Of a stretch of 64,000 bases of DNA, positions 1 to 10,943 are shown piece after piece. Numbering within the stretch: the first letter of the stretch is position 1; each line of letters begins with the position of its first letter. The stretch spans positions 22,196,001-22,260,000 of the forward strand of contig OZ116701.1 of assembly GCA_964199315.1 (NCBI GenBank). Reading direction: 5' to 3'. The position numbers and the translations under genes are program-made. This DNA is from Orbicella franksi (Eukaryota). A model generated the notes under the pieces. It ran no database searches. It was not told where the DNA came from and saw nothing but the letters and a program-made list of their open reading frames with translations.

Positions 1-430
1 TTACCTTACATCAAAGGCCTAACCGAACCTCTCTCAAGACTTCTAAGAAACAATGGAATACAAACTACAAGCAGACCCCTTAAGGCATTACAACAAGAAT
101 TTGTTTCTCTGAAATCAAGACCACCCGCGAAACTACAAACAAATGTCGTTTACAAGATCCGATGCGTCGATTGTCCATGGAGTTATATCGGCGAGACTGG
201 CAGATGTTTACAAACAAGGAAGAAAGAACATATTAGAAACATGAAAACCTTTTAAAAAGGTTCCAACATTGCTTCACATGCCTGGTTGATCGACCATTCC
301 ATCGACTTTGACAATGCACGCGTGATTGACAAGGGATATTTCTGTGTTAGAAAAACTTTGGAATTCTGGCACAGCAATTACAAACATTGCTGACAATAAT
401 GCGAAACAATTACCAAGACAATATTCAATT
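1..430 (+). pseudogene. Penelope-like element, C-terminal GIY-YIG endonuclease region (disrupted)
   Basis: Frame 1 from base 1 reads LPYIKGLTEPLSRLL...NVVYKIRCVDCPWSYIGETGRCLQTRKKEH, with a stop at 253-255, then GSNIASHAWLIDHSIDFDNARVIDK. VVYKIxC..YIGETGR is the Penelope GIY-YIG signature. Confidence 0.85.
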
Positions 431-555
431 TTATTTTGAACCTCACATTAGCATTTTTTACTCGCACACAAGCATTTCTATTGTTTTTATTATAATTTTG
501 TTTTTTCACACTTTCCTTAGTATATATTTTAATGTTTGCGCTTCCTATCTATTAC

Positions 556-589
556 TCGATAAAGACTACAGACTGGTAGTCGAAAGCTC
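556..589 (+). ncRNA. Minimal hammerhead-ribozyme-like motif with variant core, downstream of the Penelope ORF
   Basis: TCGATAA-A-GACTAC-agactg-GTAGTC-GAAAGCTC: perfect 6-bp stem II (564-569/576-581), then GAAA and palindromic AGCT plus C. The core deviates from CUGANGA. It lies where Penelope terminal-repeat hammerheads are expected. Confidence 0.45.
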
Positions 590-646
590 ATCTGAAACAA
601 AATTTTTAACCAGAGATCATTTTTCTATTTTTCCAAACTATAAAAT

Positions 647-1112
647 TTGTTTATCAGATCCCTTTCATCAGTACATCTTGTAGAAAACTTTTTTATAACA
701 ATCAGTCAGCTTTGGAGAATGTATCTTTTGTCGAGTTGGCTATATCTAAATTACTCTGTTGTTGAGGTGCCTTTTGTCCCACATGTTGTGAGCCCCATCT
801 CTGTGTCTATGCAATCGTCAGGCAAGAAAAGGCTTATTGTCAATTTGAGGCATGTCAACCAGACTATTTAGAAGCAAAAGTTCAAGTGTGAGGATTGGAG
901 AGTCTTGTTGTCATACGTCAACAAGGGTGATTTCCTCTTCAGTTTTGATCGTAAGTCTGGTTATCACCATTTTGATATTTTTTCCAGATCATCAGACATT
1001 TTGGGATTTTTCCTGTTTCTTTTTTCCCGTGCTGTTAAATATTCTAGCTTTACAGTCCTTCCGTTTGGTCTCAGTTTGGCCCCTTATATTTTCACCAAGT
1101 ACCTTACACTGC
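647..1112 (+). pseudogene. DIRS/Ngaro-type reverse transcriptase fragment
   Basis: Split frames read VVSPISVSMQSSGKKRLIVNLRHVN..KFKCEDWR..KGDFLFSFDRKSGYHHFDI..FTVLPFGLSLAPYIFTK, typical of the RT of tyrosine-recombinase retrotransposons. Confidence 0.75.
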
Positions 1113-1514
1113 TTGTTCACTGCATGAAATGGCATGCATAAGGAGGTACAGTGTATAATGAATTCGTATACATGATGTGCACAGAAAGGTATACTGATGT
1201 ACACTGAAGTATATGTATAAGTTCTGTATAATGATCAGTATACATCTGTATCCTTGTACTAATGTATACGTATTGTGGAGATTACCTTATACCTAGTGTA
1301 AGAGAACCTTGCATGAGTTGACAAAGTAAATTCAAATTGTTTGTTATTTTGTATCATAAAAGAAGAAAACGAAAGCCCCGGCCACTGAAAATAGTGCTGT
1401 CATGAAAAATGTACCCCACGATAATGAGTGCTTCTTACCGCAGAACTTACTGAGCGAAGTTATCGGCATGTTAAGTAAGCTTTAAGTCAGATAAACATCT
1501 GTAAACGCAGGTGC

Positions 1515-2100
1515 TATCAGTATTAACGCATCTTTGCAGATTTCGTACAGGTATCATTAATGTACCTTGACTCTTCTTTAAGCATTGCTTACAGATATCC
1601 ATAATGCATCTATATGCTCCTTTACGTATTGTATAAATATATCAATAACGCATCTTAACGCTTCTTTAGGCGTTGCGTAAAGATATCCATAACGCATCTG
1701 TACGATCCTTTATGCATTTCATAAATATATCAATAACACATCTTAACGCTTCTTTAGGCATTGCGTAAAGATGTCCATAACGCATCTGTACGATTCTTTA
1801 CGCATTGCATAAAGATATCAATAAGGCATCTTTATGCTTCTTTACGGATCGCGTAAAGGTATCATTAATGCATCTGTACGCTTCTTTAAGCATTCCATAA
1901 AGATATCAATAAGGCATCTTTACCCTTCTTTAGAGATCACATAAACATATCCATGTCGCATCTGTACGCTTATTTACGCATTGCATAAAGATATCGATAA
2001 CATATCTTGACGCTTCTTTACGGATTATGTAAAGGTATCATTAACGCATACTTAGGTTTCTTTACGCACCGCGTAAAGGTATGACGCTAAACAATGCTTC
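1515..2100. repeat. 44-bp minisatellite, about 13 degenerate copies
   Basis: The unit AACGCATCT(T/G)..CGCTTCTTTA.GCATTGC.TAAAGATATC.AT recurs at 1647, 1691, 1735, 1779, 1823, 1867, 1911, 1955, 1999 and 2043, an exact 44-bp period. Confidence 0.9.
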
Positions 2101-2199
2101 TTTACAGACTTCATAATGCATCTTTCGTTTACACTTCTTTAATTTCTCAAAGTATTAATTAATAATCTGAATCTTAATGCATCTCTACGTTTCTTCATC

Positions 2200-2311
2200 A
2201 CGATGTCTTGTATTTTTAATCATTATATTTTTATTCCAGGACCCCTCTGGATATCAGCCTCGTTGCTGAATGGGCCACCCTGGCTAAATAAAGTTTACCT
2301 TTACCTTTACC
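2200..2311 (+). mobile_element. Probable 3' terminus of a non-LTR retrotransposon with a (TTTACC)n tail
   Basis: AATAAA at 2287-2292 is immediately followed by 3x TTTACC (2294-2311), after a short GC-richer segment. CR1/L2-group elements typically end this way. Confidence 0.5.
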
Positions 2312-2419
2312 TATCTCTAAGTATCAAGGTAAAATGTGTTGGTAAAAACACAGACATAGGAATTGGCAGGATGATGTGCTTGAGTCATCTCATGCAGCCC
2401 ATGATTACTAATGAGACCT

Positions 2420-3160
2420 ACTGACCCAGATGTGTCAGACAATGAGGAACCAGTAGCAAAGAAATGGAAAAGCAATGAAACAGGTCAAAGTACCGAAAAT
2501 GAAGCCATCATAGGTCAGCTTAATTAACATTTTGATTTAGCTGAACAAAAAGGAGCTGAAATCAATACCAACTTAGCTGCCATTGTCTGGAAACTACTGA
2601 AGGAGAAAACTGAGGAAGACAAGCTAACTAAAATAAAGAAATGCTACCTGTCGCCAAAAAATTGCAAAAGATTAGCCGAAACAAGAGTTAACTTGCCAAA
2701 ATGGAATAACCTGTCACAGAAAGCACATACAGCTGACATAAAGGTGCAGAGAGTGCAAACATCTCTTGTAAAGGGAGCTACTTCAGTAGTATCAATTGTA
2801 AATAACTTAATAACTGCTCCCAAAAGCCCTCAAAAGACAAAGATGTAAACACACTCATGGATGCAGTGCTGTTGGTAGCTAATGCTAACATGGAACTTAA
2901 TATTTGTTGCAGAGAAGCTCTTTAACCAGAGCTCCATGCTAGCTACTGATACCTCTGTGCACCCTCAAATCCAATTACTTCAGAATTATTTGGGAACGAT
3001 TTACCCAAAGCAGTGAAGGATATAACCGACACCAACAGAATTACCTCAAAACTCCAAAGGGATAAGAAAGAGAGTTATTTAAGAGGTAGGCAATATGAAC
3101 ACCATGACAAATTTGCAAGCAGAGGAACTATTCTGGGACAAAAATCTACAATGGCCCCCC
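2420..3160 (+). pseudogene. DIRS gag-like ORF1 remnant
   Basis: Broken frames give AETRVNLPKWNNLSQKAHTADIKVQRVQTSLVKG..LCAPSNPITSELFGNDLPKAVKDITDTNRITSKL directly upstream of the RT. The assignment rests on position and recalled family motifs. Confidence 0.6.
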
Positions 3161-3247
3161 CCCCCCCCCAAACAAGGGGGAGGGGAAGAACAAAATCCAG
3201 AAGTCTCAGTCTTGACTGATATGAGCACATAACACCCAAATTCAGAG

Positions 3248-3925
3248 GTGAGTGCAAGCAACAATGTCAGTCTCAAAGTTGCTGGTAGGTTCAAATATTC
3301 TCTGCCTGCTTGGAAACTAATTACAACTGATATTAAGATTGTTGACATGGTACAGCACTGTCACCTAGAGTTTATTGAGACCCCATCTCAGCAATATAAT
3401 TTTCCTCCCAACAGATTCAATCCAAAGGAGGCTAAAATTATTGATGACGAGATTAAGACATCTTACAGAAAGGGGTTATTGAGGAAGCCCTGCCCTCTGA
3501 AAACCAAGTTATTTCCAATGTATTTCTTAGGAAAAAGAAGAATGGCTGGTACAGGATGATTCTTAATCCCAAAAGATTAAATGAGTCTATCGAATGTAAG
3601 CACTTCAAAAAAGGAGAGTCTGTCCTGTGCTCTACAATTAATAAGAAGCAATTGGCCTCATGGCCTCAATCAACTTGATAGATGCCTACTACTCAGTGCC
3701 AGTGGCATCTGAGCACAGAAATATCTGTGGTTTGTATTGAGAGGCATATTATTTCAGTATACTTGCCTGCCCAATGGCTTGACCTCAGCACCCAGATATT
3801 TTACTAAGCTCCTAAAGCCAGTGTACGGTACATTACAGTCAAGGACACTTGAATGTTGGCTACAATGATGACTCTTATCTTCAAGGCAGCTCAACGTCAG
3901 AGTGCCACCAGAATATTGTAGCAAC
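3248..3925 (+). pseudogene. DIRS RT, N-terminal half (cut by Gypsy insertion)
   Basis: VAGRFKYSLPAWKLIT..YRMILNPKRLN..IDAYYSVPVASEHRKYLWF..FQYTCLPNGLTSAPRYFTKLLKPV. Confidence 0.8.
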
Positions 3926-6900
3926 TGTAGTGTTTAGCTGTTAGTACTCTTGAGACATTTCATGATAGTATACATGATGTACTATAAGTTCGAAAAGGAT
4001 CTCGGGTTGTTGTAAGCATGGCGTGTTGTACAGTGGATTAAAAGAGTTTTGAGGAGTTTAATCCGTGTTAAATCCATGTGTTTTATCGGCCATCACCACA
4101 TTTGGCGACAAGTATCAAACTGGAAAAAGGTTCTTCTGTATATTTCAGTTGAATTTTGCAACATGCCTGGAACCGGGAGCGGTGAAACCAGCGACACGCA
4201 ACCAAGTTTATCGCCAACCTCCACTGTTGAACCAAAATCTCTTGAAGTTCGTGGTCTTCCTTGCTCCGACCCCAAGGGAGAACCAACTACCCTTTCCGTT
4301 CAATGGAAGCGATGGAAATGTGCTTTTCATTTGTATGTGACATCGAAAGGTGTAACAAATCAAGTGCAAAAAGTGGCTCTATTACTGCACTCAGGTGGAA
4401 TGGAACTGCAAGAAATTTACTACACGCTTGCACCAGAAGACGAAGCTCAGAACAACTTTGACAATTGTTTAATTGTCCTCGACAACTATTTTACGCCAAA
4501 AGTGAACGTACCTTTTGAGAGACACGGATTCCGACAAATGGCACAATTAGAAGGTGAAACAATCGATCAATTTGTGTGCCACCTTCGGTAAAAAGCTGTC
4601 TCGTGTAAATTTGACAAGTTGGATGAGGCTATCCAGGATCAATTGATTGAGAAGTATAGAGATCCGGAACTCCGACGGAAATTTTTGGAGAAAGCCCAGG
4701 ATGGAACCCTTACTGTCCTTCGAGATGTTGCACGAGTACATAAATCTGTCAAACTTCAAATGCAGTCATTGGAGACCTCGAGCAAAGATGATCAAGTGAA
4801 TGCCGTGCAACCTGTCGACCCCAAATGGGGGAAAAACAAAAAGAAAAAGAAGAGAAAACCTGAGAAAAAAGATTTTAAGCCAGGGGAACATCCGAAGTGC
4901 TACAGATGCAATGAAACCGGTCATTTTGTCTGCAATTGCCCTGCCCTAAACAAAACATGCAGTAAGTGTGGTTTTACTGGTCATCTGGCTGTTTGTTGCA
5001 AGACAAAGAATCCTAAACATCCTCCAAGTGGCAGACCTAATCCAAATGGTGCGTATCAAGTGGAAGAAGAGTTGGATCAAAGAGATGGTTATGCCTTTGC
5101 CGTGAATGATGGAAACAAAACAAGTGGCATTGTACATCTGCAAGTGGGAGGTGTAGAGTTGAAGGATGTACTAATCGACTCTGGAGCATCATGCAACATA
5201 GTGGACAAAACTACATGGGAAAGTTTGAAGCAAAAGGGAGTGAAGTGTACATCTCAGAAATGCAGCAAGAAGTTATTCACCTATGGTGAAACTGAACCAA
5301 TTGAAGTACTGGGAACATTTGAAGCTGGAATTCACTGTGAAGTTTCTGCGAAAAGCTGTTTGGATGAGTTCACTGTTGTTAAGGGCCCTGGAAAAACTTT
5401 GCTTGGAAAATACACTGCAGAGAAACTGAATGTATTAAGAGTCGGACCGCCCAGTAATCCACTGGCATGTACTATCACCAGCAAAGGCGATGCTGGAGAT
5501 GTTTTAAAGGACTTTGCTGACATATTCCAAGGTGTTGTAAAACTTAAAGACTTCCAACTCAAGTTGCACATTAACAAGAATGTCAAGCCTGTGGCCCAGC
5601 CAGTGAGATGACTACCCTTTGGCCTAAGAGACAAAGTAGACAAGAAACTGGACGAGTTGCTGCAAGAAGATATCATAGAGGAAGTACCATGTGGTCCTAC
5701 AGAGTGGACATCACCTCCTGTGGTCGTGCCAAAACCAGATGGTGATATTCGTATTTGCGTAGACATGCGAAGAGAAAACGCAGCAATCGAAAGAGAGAGG
5801 CATCCTATTCCTACCATAGAGGAAGTTCTCCATGACCTAAACGGTTCAACTGTGTTCAGCAAACTAGACCTGCGCTGGGGATTTCACCAAATTGAGCTTG
5901 ATGAAGAGTCCCATCAAATAACCACGTTTGTGACGCACAGAGGCCTTTACAGATACAAGAGACTGTTTGGCACTACGTCAGCCCCAGAGAAGTATCAGAA
6001 GATTGTGAGTGATGTTCCGCAAGGGTGTGAAGGTGTTGCAAACATTGCAGATGACGTGATTGTACATGGATGTGGAATCGAACAACATGACAAGAATTTG
6101 CTAGCTGTTCTCAATCGCCTCAGACAGTGTGGACTAACCCTGAATGGAAGCAAGTGCCAGTTTAGACTCCCCAAGTTGACCTTCTTTGGACATGATCTGA
6201 GCAGAAATGGAGTCACCCCCAGCGAAGAAAAGGTGGCAGCAGTTCAGAATGCGCAACCTCCAAAGAATGTGGCTGAAGTCAGATCATTCCTCGGTCTTGT
6301 ACAGTACTGTGCCAAATTCCTGCCAAATTTTGCACAAGAAGCTGAGCCTATCAGACAGCTGACTAGAAAAGACGAACCATTTGTATGGGAAGAAGCTCAA
6401 CAGCAGTCTTTTGAGAAGCTCAAGTACCTCTTGACGTGAGCAGAAACACTGGCATACTTCAAGAATGATTGTAAAACTCGTATAGTGGCAGATGCAGGTC
6501 AAGTAGTGTACTGTCCTGGAAAAACTAACATTGCAGACGCCCTCTCAAGGCTTAACTCACTGAAGCCAAAGGATAGGAGTGGAGAGGAAACAGATGCTGT
6601 GAAAATGATTGCAGAAGAGAGCACACCTGTGGTGTTAACAGCCAAAGAAGTAGAACGTGCATCAGAAGATCCTGAGCTGACCGGTGTGAGACATTACATT
6701 CAAAGTGGAGACTGGTCTCAGTGCAAAATGCCCCATTTCATGTGTGTGAAGAATGAACTTTGTGTGCTTGGTAAATTGGTGTTACATGGGACAAGGATTG
6801 TCATACCACAGAGCCTGAGGAAACAAGTCTTACATTTAGCCCATGAAGGTCATCAAGGCATAGTCAAGGTGAAAAGCCGGCTCAGAACCAAAGTTTGGTG

Positions 6901-8318
6901 GCCTAAAATGGACACTGATGCTGAGCGAATCTGTAAAAGCTGCCATGGATGTCAAGTAGTTAGTGGATTCTGTGCACTTGAACCAATGCAGAGGGTAGAA
7001 CCACCAACAGGACCATGGCAAGATGTAGCTATTGATGTATTGGGTCCACTTCCTTCTGGAGAGAGTTTACTCGTGGTAGTAGACTACTACAGCCGTTTCT
7101 TTGAAGTAGTGATTATGCACTCAACTACATCCCAGAAGATGATTGAAGCACTAACTCCGATCTTTGTGCATTACGGCTATCCATTCAGCCTCAAGTCTGA
7201 CAATGCATCCCAGTTTGTATCAGAAGAATTCAAAGAGTTCCTGTCCAAGAATGGTATTGAGCATCGGAAATCTCCTCCTCTTTGGCCTCAAGCCAATGGC
7301 GAGGTTGAACGACAAAACCAAACATTGCTTAAGGCGCTCAAAATAGCCCAAGTTGAAGGAAAGAGGTGGAAAGATGAATTGAACAAGTTCTTATTGGCAT
7401 ACCGAACCACCCCTCACTCTACCACTGGAATGACCCCAGCATCTCTAATGTTTGGAAGAGAGCTGAAAACAAAATTGCCTGAATTACGTCCCAACAAGAG
7501 CGTGCTGGATGAAAGTATCAGAGACCAGGACTGGAATCACAAATTATCCAGTAAGCTGTATGCTGACAAGCAAAGGAATGCAACTTCCAATCCAGTACTC
7601 CCTGGTGACAAGGTTCTGCTTAAAAACACCAAATCATCTGGTACGCTGGCTCCAAATTTTGAACCTCAGCCGTACACAGTCCAGATCACGGAAGGACAAG
7701 AACTTACCTTGAAAGCTGAAAACGGCACAGTGTATAGGAGAAACAGCTCTTTAGTCAAACCCTACAAAACTCCTGGAGAGCCAGAGCCTTCTTCACTGGA
7801 ACAAAGCCCTAGAGAAGCAAAAACCTCAAGTCCAGCTACAGCAATACCTGAGTCTAGCACAAGCTCAAGTACAGCAGAGACAAGAAACAGACCAACCCGT
7901 GCTACGAAATTGCCTGGAAGATTTAAAGACTTTGTCCTGGACAAATGAACTGACTTGTTTGGACTTTCTAGGATTTTAACTGAACATTATTTTGTTAAGG
8001 TCCTGCAGTTTGCAGTTCGAACCATTAGTTTGAGAGTATTTGGTACCCTTGTTATTTGATATTAAGACATTCCATTTTTTCTGGAAGACATTTTTCTTGA
8101 ACTCAGTTTTAACTGCAATTTTATTTGCCACAAAGGAAGGGAATGTAGTGTTTAGCTGTTAGTACTCTTGAGACATTTCGTGATAGTATACATGATGTAC
8201 TATAAGTTCGAAAAGGATCTCGGGTTGTTGTAAGCATGCCGTGTTGTACAGTGGATTAAAAGAGTTTTGAGGAGTTTAATCCGTGTTAAATCCGTGTGTT
8301 TTATCGGCCATCACCACA
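3926..8318 (+). mobile_element. Gypsy LTR retrotransposon 1, nested in the DIRS RT
   Basis: 175-bp TG..CA LTRs at 3926-4100 and 8144-8318 (3 differences); 5-bp TSD GCAAC at 3921-3925 and 8319-8323; PBS TGGCGACAAGTAT after the 5' LTR; PPT AAAGGAAGGGAA at 8132-8143. Confidence 0.97.
4200..7948 (+). pseudogene. gag-pol of Gypsy element 1 (stops, frameshifts, RNase H deleted)
   Basis: Two zinc knuckles (CYRCNETGHFVCNC, CSKCGFTGHLAVC), protease LIDSGASCN, RT (FSKLDLRWGFHQ, IADDVIV) and integrase (HEGHQG..CHGC, DVLG/SDNA/EVERQN) in ORFs 4049-4591, 4619-5611, 5657-6439 and 6485-7948. Confidence 0.95.
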
Positions 8319-8323
8319 GCAAC

Positions 8324-8601
8324 CAAATGCCTTTTTGAGTCCCTAGGTTTTGTTCTTAACAAAGAGAAATCTGTTTCGTGGCCATGTCACAAACTTATTT
8401 TCATTGGTTTTATTTTGGACTCCATACTCACGAGGGTCTTCCTCACACCAGAAAAACCAGAGTTGTTTCAGCCTGCCAGAAACTTTTAAATAAGAGCTAT
8501 GTATCCATTAGAGAAGTTGCCCAAACCATAGGGGTACTTGTGTTCAGACTACCAGCAGTCCAGTATGGACAACCATTTTACAGAAACATTGAAATAGATA
8601 A
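8324..8601 (+). pseudogene. DIRS RT, C-terminal continuation
   Basis: KCLFESLGFVLNKEKSVSWPCHKLIFIGFILDS..VSIREVAQTIG..LPAVQYGQPFYRNIEID. Confidence 0.8.
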
Positions 8602-8903
8602 TCAAAGTGGCTGTGGGCCACTCAACTTGGAAAATGGATTGTCTGTAAACAGTGACAATTTTGATGCCACCGACTTGAGGCTTTACTCTGTAGTTAAATT
8701 AAAGCCCACTGGAAAAACACAATGGTAAGGGAATACACAAGGAGATGTAACACCGTTGAAGACATTCATGAAGTTATTGGTGATCCTCATCCAAGACAGT
8801 TATTCCTATTTTTTTCGTTCTTTATTTAATGGGCGATATCAGTGATTTTCTTCTTTCTTTGTTACCATTTGAGAGATCTTAAAAATAGAAAAAATTATCC
8901 GAA

Positions 8904-9018
8904 GTAGAGTCATAATACCACAAGGGCAGCACTGCACCTTGTCCGCTCAACAAAGTTAAGCCCTGTTCCGCAGGGTTCCTGCTTGGACGGGTTACAAATT
9001 CAAATACCCCATGTTGTA
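8904..9018 (+). pseudogene. 5S rRNA-derived sequence (SINE3-like head or 5S pseudogene)
   Basis: ATACCAC..TTGTCCGCTCAACAAAGTTAAGC..CTTGGACGGGTTAC..AATACCCCATGTTGTA is collinear with eukaryotic 5S rRNA, including box A- and box C-like segments, and is followed by T-runs. It is too diverged to be a functional 5S gene. Confidence 0.7.
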
Positions 9019-9343
9019 ATAACTTCTTTTTCTTTCTTTTTTATTTTTTTTCCTTCCCTTTCAAAGACGATATTAGTGACTGCTAAACTTCCAGTCTTGT
9101 GTAATGTCTTTTTTTTCTTATTCAACTATTTTGTTCAAATCATTTCGCCATGTCCACATTCATCTTTGAAGTATTTATTTACAATACCGTATAATGGTGA
9201 AACACGTCATTCAAATTCTCCTCAATCCTCTTGTCTGCTGATTGTCCAAAACTTTTAATTATGGCTCGAATCATAATCTGAAAATTCGTACAGCTTGTCA
9301 AATTTTGTGATTTTCAATATCTCCTCAGTCTTCAGCAATCGGT

Positions 9344-9373
9344 TAACCCTAACCCTAACCCTAACCCTAACCC
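9344..9373. repeat. Interstitial telomere-type repeat (TAACCC)5
   Basis: Five perfect TAACCC units, which read TTAGGG-type on the minus strand. Confidence 0.95.
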
Positions 9374-9587
9374 TACTGTTAAACCGGTATAAGCAGACAC
9401 CTTCAGGAAATGAGCTATTTCTACAGTATAATTAGCTTCTATATATAAAAACATTTGTACAAATATCTATTCAATGTATAGATCATTCCTGCGGCAAGAT
9501 ATTTAGTACTTGCATCAGAAATTCAAAGAATAACTAACTTGACACAATGCAATCGACTGTAAAATGGCCTTGGAAAGCGCAATGTTC

Positions 9588-10826
9588 AAACCCCAGGGGA
9601 CTCCTATATAAAAGGGTCGGGGATGCCTGTCATCTCGGGTACAAATTAAGGATTTTGGTCTCACTTAGGGTGTTGATGACGAAACATCACCTTTCTTAGC
9701 TGTCAAAGTATCCTTTGGGGTGCTCCCGAAGAAATAATAATAAAAGAAATGCTCTCATTTGTTTTCCGCTGATCTCTCAAGTACGCAGGTCAGGTCTACA
9801 AGTGCTTGCGGAATACTTTCTTGAACAGTGGCTAGTAATTAGACCTATTCTGTTTTAAAAGGTAACTTTTAGGGGTCTTATGAAGCTCAAGCAATGCCCA
9901 CATTAGTCTCCTTTAGGAGTTAAGGTGGCTTACTACAGTTTTGATGGATTACAACAGCCCAACTTTCAACTCTTCTTAAAAATGTTCCAAGATGTTTTAT
10001 CCTTTTATTTTTTACTGTTTACTTAGGTCTTTTACTATTCTATGTGAGACTTGAACAATCGAACTTCAACAAATGGCCAAAATAAACCACCGAGTGCCTA
10101 GGGTGGGACTGGGCACTAGTGGGTTAGATCACGTTTTTCTCAAAATCTACCTGTATGACCCCACCTCAAAATTTCAGGAGTAACAAATTAGCTCTGCTTT
10201 AACATTCATGCAAAGTAAAATAAAAATCTGTAGGCCAGATTTTTTGCAAACTAAGAAAATGTGAAATCAAAAATAGCTCAAAATCTGTCTTACAGATTTT
10301 TTTTGTAAATTTTGGCTTTAAATATGATTCACCCCTACCAATCGATGATGAAAATTTCATCATGGGATGTACGGTAGGTTTTCAAGCAACCCTCAGTGAA
10401 AGACTGGCTTTTACAACCTTGGATGAGAATTGAATTGCACACGCCCTTAATTTAAGTGCGTGCTCGTGTGATGCCATGTATCGCGTGCGAGAAAGCAAGA
10501 TCAATTTAGAGCTCCTTTACCAGTTGTTTATTGAGTTTTTGTGTCATATTTTTTTGGCCCTAGTCTTAAACACATGTTTGAACGGAGTTTGAAACTATTG
10601 CTACGTATACTGAAGTGATTTAATGCCTTTCAAGTGCTGAAGTGGTTTTGGTTTCATCTTAGGGCTGCTTGCATCATTTGTGCATGTGCAATTAATACTG
10701 ACATCTGGCAAGCAACCATAGCGTGTGCTACTAGTCTCCAAAAAACTGTAGTAAGCCACCTTAAATTCAAATTTTTTAACGAGCATCCCTGACCTTCTCA
10801 TATGGGAGTTCTCCTCCCCGGGGTTT
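9588..10826. mobile_element. MITE with imperfect terminal inverted repeats, itself interrupted by a TTAA element
   Basis: The left end AAACCCCAGGGGACTCCTATATAAAAGGGTCGGGGATGC is the reverse complement, with mismatches, of the right end GCATCCCTGACCTTCTCATATGGGAGTTCTCCTCCCCGGGGTTT. No TSD was resolved. Confidence 0.65.
9924..10760. mobile_element. Non-autonomous Kolobok-type DNA element
   Basis: Perfect 19-bp TIRs GGTGGCTTACTACAGTTTT, with TTAA on both sides (9920-9923 and 10761-10764). TTAA plus purine-purine termini fits Kolobok rather than piggyBac (CC termini). Confidence 0.8.
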
Positions 10827-10943
10827 CCAAATGTCTAACAGAAAGTGACCCAGCGAAGGAGTGAAGGAATGAAAGGGAGAAGCAGTGATGGAGTGAAATC
10901 GTCCCACCACTATAACTTGGAAAATATGAATATTTTCCAAGTT

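Larger units (their letters stand above)
8602..10943 (-). mobile_element. Non-autonomous Helentron/Helitron2-type element (HINE/DINE-1 architecture)
   Basis: One end has the palindrome AACTTGGAAAATA-TGAA-TATTTTCCAAGTT (10914-10943). The other has the matching subterminal AACTTGGAAAAT (8624-8635) next to hairpin AGTGGC-TGTGG-GCCACT (8606-8622). It is inserted in an A-run (TT on the minus strand), and removal restores the DIRS codons D-K-N-E. Confidence 0.7.

Noticed and set aside
5332-5862. Long antisense ORFs over Gypsy pol (also 23888-24307 and 25463-25855)
   Set aside because: They are shadow frames of sense-strand coding sequence with no independent motifs.
8378-8728. 116-aa ORF as a single gene
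   Set aside because: It is a chimeric read-through from DIRS RT into the inserted element at 8602.
9344-9373. True chromosome end or fusion site
   Set aside because: There are only five units, no head-to-head TTAGGG/CCCTAA arrays, and the tract lies inside a mobile element.
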